Shown here piece by piece: positions 26,960-36,777 of a stretch of 64,000 nucleotides of DNA; the first letter of the stretch is position 1; each line of letters begins with the position of its first letter. The translations under genes were made by a program, and so were the position numbers. The notes below the pieces were generated by a model, which was given only the letters and a program-made list of their open reading frames with translations, made no database searches and was not told where the DNA came from. The DNA lies in the IMG/VR virus record IMGVR_UViG_3300025327_000016, positions 1 through 64,000 of that record. One strand, given 5' to 3'. The DNA is from an uncultured virus (IMG/VR IMGVR_UViG_3300025327_000016) (lineage: Duplodnaviria; Heunggongvirae; Uroviricota; Caudoviricetes).

Positions 26960-27981
26960 AATCATTTGTAGTATCGTATAGTAAATTAAAAACAATAAAG
27001 ACACAGCGCAATTTAAGTTATTGTTATATAGAAGACGGATTAATCTATACTATATTTCTTGTTGATAATCCCAAAGATGTTTACTACTATACTAAGTTAA
27101 TTCAAGATTCCAATACTGACATTGTTGATTTTGAGACTAATATTAAACCAACAGCAATATCATATAATGATTTGCAAGATGGAATTGTTGATCAGTTTAT
27201 AAAATTTAAACCTTTCACAGGGTTGGGATTAATACGAAGCGTAACTGAAAAAACAGATTCAACTAAAGTATATGCTGTTTCACACAATCTAGGAGATAAA
27301 TGCACATGGCACCTTAAGAGCTTACAGATTACTGGAGAAACCCTCATTAATTCAGGTGACAATCTAACATTTACAAGTGCTTACCCATATTGGATAGATA
27401 CCTATAGGGTAACTAGCGATAGTAATTTAGGTAAAAGACCTCAAATATATATAGATGGTGTGCCCCAGATGCAATACAACAGTCAAGATAAGCAAACTAA
27501 TTCTAATCTAACTATTAATTATGAGAACGGATCTGTATTATTTGATACGCCAACTAGTGCAAATATTACTGCTAATTATTGGTATGCTACCACGAGTGAA
27601 TGGGAAATCTCTCCTTCTCCTGGTAAGATGCTTGTTATTGATAAAGTTGAGGGACAATTTAGCAATGACATGCAAGTATTTAATGATATTATTTTATTTG
27701 AAGTTTATGTTGGGCCATATAAAGTTGGAGGACAGAGGTATAAATCCGCGCAGGATATTCATAATTGGGCTAATGCCCCCTCTATTTCTCCTAAGTTTGG
27801 AGAGCTAGTAAGTGATGTCACTGTGTTTCCTTGGAACTATATCTCCACTACCATTCTAAAGTCTTCACTGAATATGAAATTAGTTGTTAGATTGATGGAT
27901 AATCAACCTTTTACATGGCCTACCTATAATAAAAATAATTTTGCTACTGCAACCTTATATATGTTGTCGGAGGATTTATAA
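26956..27981 (+). CDS. Hypothetical virion protein (shared N-terminal domain A)
   Basis: ATGA overlap; TINYENGSVLF Ig-like motif. Confidence 0.65.
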   Translation: MKSFVVSYSKLKTIKTQRNLSYCYIEDGLIYTIFLVDNPKDVYYYTKLIQDSNTDIVDFETNIKPTAISYNDLQDGIVDQFIKFKPFTGLGLIRSVTEKTDSTKVYAVSHNLGDKCTWHLKSLQITGETLINSGDNLTFTSAYPYWIDTYRVTSDSNLGKRPQIYIDGVPQMQYNSQDKQTNSNLTINYENGSVLFDTPTSANITANYWYATTSEWEISPSPGKMLVIDKVEGQFSNDMQVFNDIILFEVYVGPYKVGGQRYKSAQDIHNWANAPSISPKFGELVSDVTVFPWNYISTTILKSSLNMKLVVRLMDNQPFTWPTYNKNNFATATLYMLSEDL

Positions 27982-27986
27982 TTAAA

Positions 27987-28052
27987 GTGTCATTATGCTT
28001 ATGTGGCTGTGGAAAAAACACAAAAAATAATAATAGATTTTTAAATGAATAA
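27987..28052 (+). pseudogene. Remnant with a CxCGCG motif (homing-endonuclease-type N-terminus)
   Basis: VSLCLCGCGKNTKNNNRFLNE*. Confidence 0.4.
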
Positions 28053-28073
28053 ATAACTATGGGAGAAATACAA

Positions 28074-28289
28074 ATGCCTAGAAAAAAGAAGCCTAATAAG
28101 TTCCTTGCAGCAGCTATGGAAGGAATCCTTCCTGATATAGCTCAAATGACCAAGAAAGACAAAGAAGAATACCTTGCTTCTGTACGTCAAGAAGTATTTG
28201 ACTTACTAGCTAAATATGGGGTAGGGATTGCCTTAGATTATTCAATAGGTATTAAGCTTAATACACCGATAGAAGGGAGTATAAATTAA
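28074..28289 (+). CDS. Hypothetical protein
   Basis: SD GGAG before MPRKKK. Confidence 0.6.
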   Translation: MPRKKKPNKFLAAAMEGILPDIAQMTKKDKEEYLASVRQEVFDLLAKYGVGIALDYSIGIKLNTPIEGSIN

Positions 28290-29123
28290 TTGGATATCAC
28301 TCTGGTTCTCTCGTCAGGAGGAATTAGAGCCGCAGCACATATCGGTCTACTTACTTATCTCTTAGAACATAATAATATAAATATAAAACACATAGTAGGT
28401 TCCTCTGGTGGTGCAGTAATTGGTGGGTTATATGCATCAGGATTATCACCCGCCGAAATTAAAAAGATATTTCTAGATATTAAGAATCCAGGTTTCTTTA
28501 TAGAATATGATCTATGGTCACTATTTAATGGCACTGGATTGTTTCCTGGTAAGAAGTTACGCAATAAACTTAATCGATTTCTAAAAGACCAATATATGGT
28601 CAATATAAAACAAATAGATTTATCCATAGTTACCACTCATGTTCGTACGGGAGATCCAATACTATTTACAACCAGAAATACTTCCCATGCATATATTAAT
28701 CTAGCAGATCTTATAGCTGCTAGTTCAGCCATACCTGCTATATTCAGGACACGGCCCATTCCTATGTCAGGATATGGTGGTGATCACTTCTATGATGGTG
28801 GTATAGCTGATTGCTTACCCATACACTATTGCTACAACGATCAAGTAGATAGAATATTGGTATCGAATGTTGCTTCTGGTGTAGATGAAGATATTGTTCG
28901 TGGTAAGATAGATGCTATATTTTCTGCTTACGAATCTCTATGGGATAGTCACATTGACAAATCCATATCTGAAGCACAGTATCTTCTAGAAGATAAGCTC
29001 ACACTTCTTACCCCTAAGATGAGGGGTGGCACTATCTTTGATGTTAAGCGTATACCTGAATTTATAGAAGCTGGTTATCAGAATGCCAAAGCTGTGCTAG
29101 AGCCGCTTTTAGCTATTAAGTAA
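28290..29123 (+). CDS. Patatin-like phospholipase
   Basis: LSSGGIR oxyanion loop, GSSGG nucleophile, ASSAIP, DGG. Confidence 0.9.
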   Translation: MDITLVLSSGGIRAAAHIGLLTYLLEHNNINIKHIVGSSGGAVIGGLYASGLSPAEIKKIFLDIKNPGFFIEYDLWSLFNGTGLFPGKKLRNKLNRFLKDQYMVNIKQIDLSIVTTHVRTGDPILFTTRNTSHAYINLADLIAASSAIPAIFRTRPIPMSGYGGDHFYDGGIADCLPIHYCYNDQVDRILVSNVASGVDEDIVRGKIDAIFSAYESLWDSHIDKSISEAQYLLEDKLTLLTPKMRGGTIFDVKRIPEFIEAGYQNAKAVLEPLLAIK

Positions 29124-29311
29124 GTTGATATAGCTAAGCTAGATAAAGCTTTTTAGGTTCTTTGATGGGGTTAATCGTTGCCATGTAGTAGATGGGTTTA
29201 TTCGTCCACAGGGTCGCTGTGATAACTGGTGGAGTCCATATGGCACAACAGGACGCTAGTCCTATAAAGGAGACGTGAAGGGAAGAATGGAAGAGGGTTT
29301 ATCTTTGCCAA

Positions 29312-29671
29312 GTGATGGCAACAGTAGGGGTGTATCTAGTGTTAAGGTCAACAACAAAAAGGATAAAAGAAAAATTACAGATAATTTCCTCTTGGTTCGT
29401 AAACCTGGAGAATCAGAAAATGTTTTATTGGACAGCAGGATTCTTCTTTCTTCCTTTAGGATACGACTGGATTCAAATGGGATGCTTTATGATAGGCCTG
29501 AGATTGCTTCATCTATCGCCCATGCCCGCGTTTTGGTTTTCAATTGGTTGCTTGTATTGTTTCTCGTTGATTTTCTTCTATCTATATTTTCGCGTAACAA
29601 AGAAAATGAAATCTGTGGATGTAGCAAGAGATATAGTGGAAAACCATGTCTTAGATGTAGAGTTAGATTAA
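29312..29671 (+). CDS. Membrane protein (possible holin-like), possibly N-terminally truncated
   Basis: Two to three hydrophobic segments; in frame with ATG 29240 across a TGA. Confidence 0.45.
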   Translation: MMATVGVYLVLRSTTKRIKEKLQIISSWFVNLENQKMFYWTAGFFFLPLGYDWIQMGCFMIGLRLLHLSPMPAFWFSIGCLYCFSLIFFYLYFRVTKKMKSVDVARDIVENHVLDVELD

Positions 29672-29746
29672 CTATAAAAGACACAAAAAAACAACTATCT
29701 ACTATATGTTCTTAACGAGCTATAAATTTCTTAAGTAGGAGTTTGA

Positions 29747-31498
29747 GTGGCTGATTTTAGTGAAAGCAATCTAATACAAAAGATAATACCAAAGTCTTTT
29801 AGTGTAGGTGTTGCTCTAGACAGTAAAATAGAAGTTAAGTTCTTTAGAGCAATGGACCAACTAACCTTTGGTGCTTCTACTTTTATAGTAGAAAAAGAAG
29901 GTACAGATATTCGTGTTCCTGGTAGCTTAGCTTACTCTGCTCTAAACAAGACCCTTACCTTTACACCAACAATCAACTTTGACCCAGGTATTACATATCG
30001 TATTACTGTAGTTGGACATAACAAGCCTACAACATCTCCTATAGATGGTATTAAAGACATACTTGGTAATGGTATGATGGGCAATTTCTTTTCAACATTT
30101 ACCACAGATACCTCAGGCATGTTGCCTCAAACAATTCTTCGTTCACCCAGTAATCAAAGCGCCATACAAGTACAACCTACTTTCTCATGGGATGCAATAC
30201 CAGGGGCAGATCACTATGATATAGAAGTATCTCAAACTAATTCATTTGATGTAATTTACTGGCCATTACCTTCAGATACAATCGACAATACTCTAACTAC
30301 GGTAATGCCTGATAGACCTTTTGATGTGGATAAGCAATACTTCTGGCGAGTTAGGGGCGTACGTCCATCAACTCAAAAAGGACACTACAGCGATGTCCAC
30401 ACATTCTATATAGGTGAGATAGATTTAAGTAGTATAGCACTAGAAGATAGTGTTAGCACTTCTGCTGCAATATATGGTGGATTTGCACCTATACAAGTTA
30501 TAGATACTTATCCAAAACCAGATGTATATGATATAGCTCCAGACATAGGAGAGGTATGGATTAAAATAAAAGGCAACTATACCAGTATGTCATTTGATGA
30601 TTCTAATTTTATAGTAGATGGTATTCCTTTTACAGATGAACCTGAAGGTACACCATATTATGGTGGCCTTAGAGACTTTATATTTCCACCTGATATATTT
30701 GAAGTACCTCGTACTCATGTAGATGATGTATCTCCTATAGAAAAAACAGGTATATTAGTCGATCCAGACGCTGTTGTTACAGTTACTTATGATGCCGTTA
30801 AAGATGAAACTACTATTAAAAAAACATTTCCTACTACAGCCTTAAAGATTAATAATAAGATTACGGTTACATTAAAGTTCCCTGATGAAGATTTTGAGTG
30901 GCACTTTACAACTGTGTTGTTTCCATACTACTCCACACCTAGACTGGTGCGTTCAGTAGCTCCTCTTATACTTAGTCATGCTACAGATGAAGACTTGCTT
31001 ATGTTAATTAGACAAAATGGATTCTGGGCACAATTCAATGCTATAGACTATTTAACATATAGACAACAGACATTATCATTCTTTATTTTCCCAGTACCAT
31101 TCTATAACACCATGATATATCAGACATTTGCCCAACCTACGCAATATGCATTTACATACCCAGCTCCTTTTGATTACTTAAATCCTCCATACTATATCAA
31201 AGAATATGTACGCCTTAAGTCTGCTAGAGATGCAATTAATGGTGTGTATTTATACTTATTGCGCACATCAGGAGAAGAAAAACACCTAGGGGATTTAACT
31301 ATTACCGAAGGAAGATTTAGTGGTAGGGATTTCCTAGATATTATTAAACACCTCGATAAACAATTAGCGCAACTTTGGGACAGAATTATGGGTCACACTA
31401 GACGTGGCTACGCTCAACCCGTAGTTGGTTTTAGGGGTGGGTTATTTCCATTTGCTTCGCGTTCTAAATTTGGATCACCTGGTCGTTCTAGATACTAA
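29747..31498 (+). CDS. Ig-like/FN3-domain virion protein, possibly with a head-tail adaptor C-terminus
   Basis: KTLTFTP...Y.ITV...IKDILGN (Big_5-like), FSWDAIPGADHY...YFWRVRG (FN3-like). Confidence 0.7.
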   Translation: MADFSESNLIQKIIPKSFSVGVALDSKIEVKFFRAMDQLTFGASTFIVEKEGTDIRVPGSLAYSALNKTLTFTPTINFDPGITYRITVVGHNKPTTSPIDGIKDILGNGMMGNFFSTFTTDTSGMLPQTILRSPSNQSAIQVQPTFSWDAIPGADHYDIEVSQTNSFDVIYWPLPSDTIDNTLTTVMPDRPFDVDKQYFWRVRGVRPSTQKGHYSDVHTFYIGEIDLSSIALEDSVSTSAAIYGGFAPIQVIDTYPKPDVYDIAPDIGEVWIKIKGNYTSMSFDDSNFIVDGIPFTDEPEGTPYYGGLRDFIFPPDIFEVPRTHVDDVSPIEKTGILVDPDAVVTVTYDAVKDETTIKKTFPTTALKINNKITVTLKFPDEDFEWHFTTVLFPYYSTPRLVRSVAPLILSHATDEDLLMLIRQNGFWAQFNAIDYLTYRQQTLSFFIFPVPFYNTMIYQTFAQPTQYAFTYPAPFDYLNPPYYIKEYVRLKSARDAINGVYLYLLRTSGEEKHLGDLTITEGRFSGRDFLDIIKHLDKQLAQLWDRIMGHTRRGYAQPVVGFRGGLFPFASRSKFGSPGRSRY

Positions 31499-31516
31499 AG
31501 GAGCTTCACTTTATAA

Positions 31517-32155
31517 ATGACATTTAAGCAAACAACCTACTTAGGCAGACAAACCCATACCTTAGGTGATATGGTCAACCAAACATCACTCATACAAGCA
31601 TTTGAAACATCTCGTGGAGGTTTGGGTTTAGATTTACGCCAGAAGATTAATGAAATATTAGATAAGTGGGGACATTACGTTTTAATACGTAGAAATAATA
31701 AGAAGCTCCACTGTGATTGTTTTGATTTCCACACACAAGAAAGTGCAGTTAGAGACTGTGCCATATGTGATGGAGAAGGTTACGTTCCTATAATAGAAAA
31801 GGTTTTAACACGTAGATGGGATGATTCTATGTCCCCAGATACCATAGAGAATCCAGGTAGAATAGCTAAACACGATAAAGTATTCTACTTCAAACACTGG
31901 GTTAATCCAAGTATACAAGACATTATATACGAAGTAACCTGGGTCCCTAGTCCACATAATGGCATACCCAAAAGTATAGTGGAGGTTTACTCAATACACT
32001 ATTCTCATGCTAATCGAGCTGATAATGGGCGTATAGAGTATTATACCTGTGCATGCAAAGAAGAATACCTTAATAGATCAGTACGTAAGATTAACGTACG
32101 TAAGAATAGAAACTTAGTTAATTATACAATCGAGTTTAAAAACAAAGGTAAATAG
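31517..32155 (+). CDS. Putative head closure / neck protein
   Basis: CDC...CAICDGEG motif; position between head and tail genes. Confidence 0.55.
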   Translation: MTFKQTTYLGRQTHTLGDMVNQTSLIQAFETSRGGLGLDLRQKINEILDKWGHYVLIRRNNKKLHCDCFDFHTQESAVRDCAICDGEGYVPIIEKVLTRRWDDSMSPDTIENPGRIAKHDKVFYFKHWVNPSIQDIIYEVTWVPSPHNGIPKSIVEVYSIHYSHANRADNGRIEYYTCACKEEYLNRSVRKINVRKNRNLVNYTIEFKNKGK

Positions 32156-32157
32156 TT

Positions 32158-33420
32158 ATGCCAGTAAGAGTAGAGTGGATAGCAGATCAGGTTTTAGTTA
32201 GAGACGTTAGTATTGGTCAAACAGTTATGTTCTTGGGGGAACTATCTACTAGTGCAATATCCGATCCTTCAGTAATTGGTTCTATATATATCATAGACAG
32301 CTTAGAACAAGCGGTACGCCTATTTGGTGATAGTGAGCTATCTAAGGCTATTTGTGAAGCAATAGACTATGGTCCAGGACGCATATACGCTATGGGTATA
32401 GATGAAGGCACATTTCATTCAGCCAACTTACCAACACTACTCAATTCATTATTAGACTTTCCTGTGGATATATTGTGTCCCGTACATTGTAATACCGATG
32501 ATAATATTATTAGGTTATTTGCTAACCATAGTTATGTAAAAGAAAACCTAGGGTACATCACATATACTATTATGCAGGCCCCAGATAACACAGGTATATC
32601 TGGTGATTTCCTAATAAGTCCTGGGGGCTTCTTTTTTGGATTAACTGTAGATGATGATGGACCACTAGTTACATTCCCCGTAGTAGATCCTGGTACAGCA
32701 GACTATATAGCGTTTCTAGGAGACCACCGCTCTTCTGTTGTAGTGCCTAAAGTAACCAGACAGAATAATCCAGTGGATCTTACTTTCAGAAATCTTAGTG
32801 TTGCTAATGTATCAGATCAATTAGTAACTAACCTTATATATATAGGCGATGACATATTTGATCCAGCTAAATATGTAATTATGACAGTAGGCAATCTAGT
32901 AATTAATCAGAGTACCGCTGGGCAATACATAAATCACATGGCACACAGCTATGCTGGTCTAGTAGCCTCTTTAACGCCTTCAGTTAGCCCCACAAATAAG
33001 AAGTTACTATCTAAGCCTAAAGAACTACTAAGTGCTATTAATCTATCCACCTTGGCCAACTATGGATACACAGCAACGAAGTGGAGTGCATCTAAGGAAT
33101 CTCTAGTTTACTTAGGAGTTACTGGTACAGAATATGATTATAGGAGTTTTGTTAATCTACGTATTACACAGTATGTTATAAACACAATGAAGTATGCTGT
33201 AGAACCAATGATAGGTGAATTATTGAATACAATTAAATTAAATGAGAAAGTACGCAATACTTTAGAGCGTATTAAATCACTAAAATATATTATTGACTAT
33301 TCTTTTAGAATTGATATAGATAGGTTACGAGGAGAAGCAACCATTATGTTAGATATAGTACCTATATTTGAAGTTACAGCCATACAGGTAGCTCTTAAAC
33401 TATTATTGAGAGTAGCTTAA
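32158..33420 (+). CDS. Tail-sheath-like protein (second copy)
   Basis: YAGLVASL...SPTNK, LRITQ...EPMIGE, LDIVPIFEV resemble the C-terminus of 34192-35835. Confidence 0.7.
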   Translation: MPVRVEWIADQVLVRDVSIGQTVMFLGELSTSAISDPSVIGSIYIIDSLEQAVRLFGDSELSKAICEAIDYGPGRIYAMGIDEGTFHSANLPTLLNSLLDFPVDILCPVHCNTDDNIIRLFANHSYVKENLGYITYTIMQAPDNTGISGDFLISPGGFFFGLTVDDDGPLVTFPVVDPGTADYIAFLGDHRSSVVVPKVTRQNNPVDLTFRNLSVANVSDQLVTNLIYIGDDIFDPAKYVIMTVGNLVINQSTAGQYINHMAHSYAGLVASLTPSVSPTNKKLLSKPKELLSAINLSTLANYGYTATKWSASKESLVYLGVTGTEYDYRSFVNLRITQYVINTMKYAVEPMIGELLNTIKLNEKVRNTLERIKSLKYIIDYSFRIDIDRLRGEATIMLDIVPIFEVTAIQVALKLLLRVA

Positions 33421-33432
33421 AGGGAGTTATAA

Positions 33433-34155
33433 ATGTCACACGCATCAGAGCAACACTTTTATAAGACATCATCACTACACATAGAAACACGTCCTCCCCT
33501 ACAGAGGTCGCAAGATCGTACTGCTGCTGATTTCACAGGTCTACTAGATCTACTTGCTAAGATAATTGCCATAGATTTTGAAGACCTACAGAAGCCAGTG
33601 ACTTTTACAGAAAGCGATCCAAAAGATAATAACGCAAAAGATATACCACTACCTATTATTACAATGAAACTAATTAAGGAAGTACCACATGATGGCTCAG
33701 GACGTAAGGATTTGAAGCCACGCATACGTGAAATTGTTCCTGATCCCAACTCCAAAGATGATTGGATTCAGGTATGGGGTCAATGGAAGCAAGCTATTAT
33801 AGAGTTTAGGGTGCATGCTGACACGAATAGGGAATCAAACCTATTGGTTAAGCGATTTAAAGAGTTTATGATTATATATCAAGGTATGATTATGGCTCAC
33901 GGCGTGCAGCAAATGATATTTCTTTCACAAGAGTCTGATGAAACAGTTAGGCGCAGTGAAGGAGCATCAGAAATACATGTGCGTCCAGTACAATATATGA
34001 TAGTGTTTGATGAACTAGTTCCGCAATCTGTAGCCAGATTGCGTGAAGTAATTATAAAAACAGGTATATCGGATAAATTGGGAGGAACAGAGAACGAGAC
34101 TATCTTAACCGATATAGGTGGTATAGATAGATCGCCAATTGTGCCTGCACCATAA
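33433..34155 (+). CDS. Putative tail completion / terminator protein
   Basis: Directly before the sheath; IEFRVHADT...LVKRFKEFM. Confidence 0.55.
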   Translation: MSHASEQHFYKTSSLHIETRPPLQRSQDRTAADFTGLLDLLAKIIAIDFEDLQKPVTFTESDPKDNNAKDIPLPIITMKLIKEVPHDGSGRKDLKPRIREIVPDPNSKDDWIQVWGQWKQAIIEFRVHADTNRESNLLVKRFKEFMIIYQGMIMAHGVQQMIFLSQESDETVRRSEGASEIHVRPVQYMIVFDELVPQSVARLREVIIKTGISDKLGGTENETILTDIGGIDRSPIVPAP

Positions 34156-34191
34156 GTTAATAAGAAATAATAAGAAGGAGGAAGTCGGTAA

Positions 34192-35835
34192 ATGGCTAAC
34201 CCAGATATCTTTCCAAACCTACCAGGGTTTGTTGCCGAAGTAAATGACGGTGGTCTTAAATTAATTCCACCGCCTTCAACACTAACACAGGCTGTTGTAT
34301 TAATTGGAACATCAGAGGATGGACCGTTACTTACTCCAGTTAGATTAACTAGCTTAGAGTTTGGAGACCAGGTTTTTGGTTTACCAAGAACTACAATGAC
34401 CAAGCGCGAAAAATCAAAAGCCCTTACACTCCATATGAATGAAACCTATATGGCTGGTTGTACGGATATTTGGCTTATGCGTGCTACAGGAACATTCGCT
34501 GAACTTACACTTGCTTCATCTACTATTGGTAATCCAACACCATTACTTGCTCAATCAGTATATCCTGGTGAAAGATACAATACAATAGAAGTAGAGGTAA
34601 CTGCTACACAATTAAAGATTACACCGTTTAAGAAATTAGTAGTTGGTGGCGTATTAACCTTCGTGTTAGATGCTGCCAATACACAAACGTTTACTTTATC
34701 TGATTATGTTTACTGGTCAGATCTTACAGACGCTGTAGACAGAAAAGCATTTTTAGCCAAAGCACGTTTAATCGCTACTAACCCTGGCGAAACCATTATT
34801 TCTGCCCCATTAGATATTATGGCATCAACAGTACTATCAGGTGGTTCTAACCAATTAGATGTTACAGATGTAGATTACAGAGATGCTTTAGTTCAAGCCT
34901 ATAAGAACTTAGAAGACTTTGCAGATGTTGATTACGTAGTGCCTCTTGGTGCATATGTAGGTCCAAGTGCTAATGGTGACGATCTTAGAAACGCAAGGAA
35001 TCTTGCTCTCTTCTGCTTCAGAGCTAGTGGACGAAACAATGAATTAATGGGTGCACTATCTATGGACCCGCTAGAGAACCCTACTCTTCAACGTATCACA
35101 GATAGAGCAGATTTACTATCAACATTAGATTTTAATATGGATGCTACGGATGATTATACTACAACAGCTACTCCAACTCCATCTGAACTTCTAGATCCAG
35201 AATCAGGCAATACATTTCATATGGGGTTCTACATAAGCTTACTTGAAGGAAGACAATCATACAGACTGCGTAATTTTGGAGAAACACTATCTACATCAGA
35301 AGCTGCATATGCAGGATTACTTGCTAGTATGTTGCTAAGTAGTGGTTCCACACGAAAACCTATTCGGAACTCTCGTGGATTACACTTTCACTATGGAGCA
35401 CATAATGCCAATAAGATAGCAACAGCTCGTATAGTTACATTCCAGAGTACGTCAGGTAATCCTTCTGTTGTAGATGGCGTAACATATGGACTGTGGGATC
35501 CTACAGGTGTAGGTTTTACTTCCGACTACCATAATGCTTCTACTCTACGTATTACACAAGTTACAGTTGGTATGGTAAGGCGTGTATGCGAACCATTTAT
35601 TGGCGAAGTATTTAATAATATACAAAAGAATGCAATGGCAACAAATATAGAAGGGGTTTTAAACTCCCTGAAAGACGCTGGTGTATTAGAGGATTTCGAG
35701 TTTGAAATCATACAATCCATTAATGATAAGATTCTAGGACAATGTTTTATCGACCTTATCTTAGTACCAGCGCTTGAACTTAAGAAAATACGCGCAAGAG
35801 TATCCTTAAGACCAGTAATCGTTAGACAATCGTAA
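34192..35835 (+). CDS. Contractile tail sheath protein
   Basis: PNLPG, LIGTSEDGP, YPGERYN, EPFIGE, LVPALELKKI. Confidence 0.88.
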   Translation: MANPDIFPNLPGFVAEVNDGGLKLIPPPSTLTQAVVLIGTSEDGPLLTPVRLTSLEFGDQVFGLPRTTMTKREKSKALTLHMNETYMAGCTDIWLMRATGTFAELTLASSTIGNPTPLLAQSVYPGERYNTIEVEVTATQLKITPFKKLVVGGVLTFVLDAANTQTFTLSDYVYWSDLTDAVDRKAFLAKARLIATNPGETIISAPLDIMASTVLSGGSNQLDVTDVDYRDALVQAYKNLEDFADVDYVVPLGAYVGPSANGDDLRNARNLALFCFRASGRNNELMGALSMDPLENPTLQRITDRADLLSTLDFNMDATDDYTTTATPTPSELLDPESGNTFHMGFYISLLEGRQSYRLRNFGETLSTSEAAYAGLLASMLLSSGSTRKPIRNSRGLHFHYGAHNANKIATARIVTFQSTSGNPSVVDGVTYGLWDPTGVGFTSDYHNASTLRITQVTVGMVRRVCEPFIGEVFNNIQKNAMATNIEGVLNSLKDAGVLEDFEFEIIQSINDKILGQCFIDLILVPALELKKIRARVSLRPVIVRQS

Positions 35836-35850
35836 GAGGAGGAGTAGTCA

Positions 35851-36639
35851 ATGGCAAACATTGCGTTACAAGATGCGGCTACTGGTACCTATACATCATA
35901 TTCGGGTGCTGATGCAGTAGCTTCGTTTAATGGTGTGGTTATAGCTAATTTACAAAGCGTAACGGTTTCTACTAACCGTGAAAAGGGACCAGTATTCGTT
36001 ATGGGTTCACCAGATCCAGTTTCCTTCACAAGAGGTAAGCGTGGAATAGCTGGAACATTAGTATTTGTTACATTTGATAGGGATGCATTAATGAGTGAGG
36101 TACTTGGTGCTATAGATAAAGATCTTGTACCTGGATTTACAGCAGCTGGTAATATAGCTGCATATACCTCACTACGCAACAATGTTCCTGAGTTTAATAG
36201 AATATATAGTATAGATGATTATACTCGTGTTAACCAGCAAGCAGCTAATGCTCAGAAGGATTTTGTTGGAAATCCATTTGTTCAACTAGAGTATAACTAC
36301 GCCGACCAATTACCTCCGCTTGATATTACCATTACTTTTGCTAATGAATATGGTGCGGCTTCTTATATGACAATATATAAGATGGAAATCTTAAATAATG
36401 GCACAGGTATATCTATCGACGATCTTCAAATCAATCAAGCATACACATATGTTGCTCGTGGTATTGATCGAATGAGACCTGGGTTTAAAACAGCTGGTAA
36501 GGGTAGGGTTGGTAATCTTATCGAAGTCCATGGTGCTAAACAACCTAGCGGTATTGATATGCTCAATAACCTAACCCATTCAAGACTTCCCTTAACTTCA
36601 CCTCAGTCATCTCAGTTCAGTAATAATAGCCTCGGATAA
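35851..36639 (+). CDS. Tail tube protein
   Basis: Follows the sheath; SYSGAD, RGKRGIAGTLVF, DQLPPLDITITFANEYG. Confidence 0.75.
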   Translation: MANIALQDAATGTYTSYSGADAVASFNGVVIANLQSVTVSTNREKGPVFVMGSPDPVSFTRGKRGIAGTLVFVTFDRDALMSEVLGAIDKDLVPGFTAAGNIAAYTSLRNNVPEFNRIYSIDDYTRVNQQAANAQKDFVGNPFVQLEYNYADQLPPLDITITFANEYGAASYMTIYKMEILNNGTGISIDDLQINQAYTYVARGIDRMRPGFKTAGKGRVGNLIEVHGAKQPSGIDMLNNLTHSRLPLTSPQSSQFSNNSLG

Positions 36640-36659
36640 TAGGTAATATAAATTACAGG

Positions 36660-36688
36660 GAAGGAGCGGGATATTATCCCGCTCCTTC
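36660..36688 (+). terminator. Intrinsic terminator after sheath-tube
   Basis: GAAGGAGCGGGAT/ATCCCGCTCCTTC stem. Confidence 0.65.
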
Positions 36689-36777
36689 TATTATACTACT
36701 TAGATAAGTAGTATAGTGCACACCTAAGAACTTATTAGCTAAGCCTAGCTAAGTAACTATTCCCCTAAGGAGCTTAT

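Noticed and set aside
29240..29280. Genome-wide stop-codon reassignment
   Set aside because: TGA, TAG and TAA all end well-supported genes and long genes are intact under the standard code
29275..29715. 146 aa overlapping ORF
   Set aside because: Overlaps the more protein-like membrane ORF in another frame with no recognisable motifs; not fully excluded
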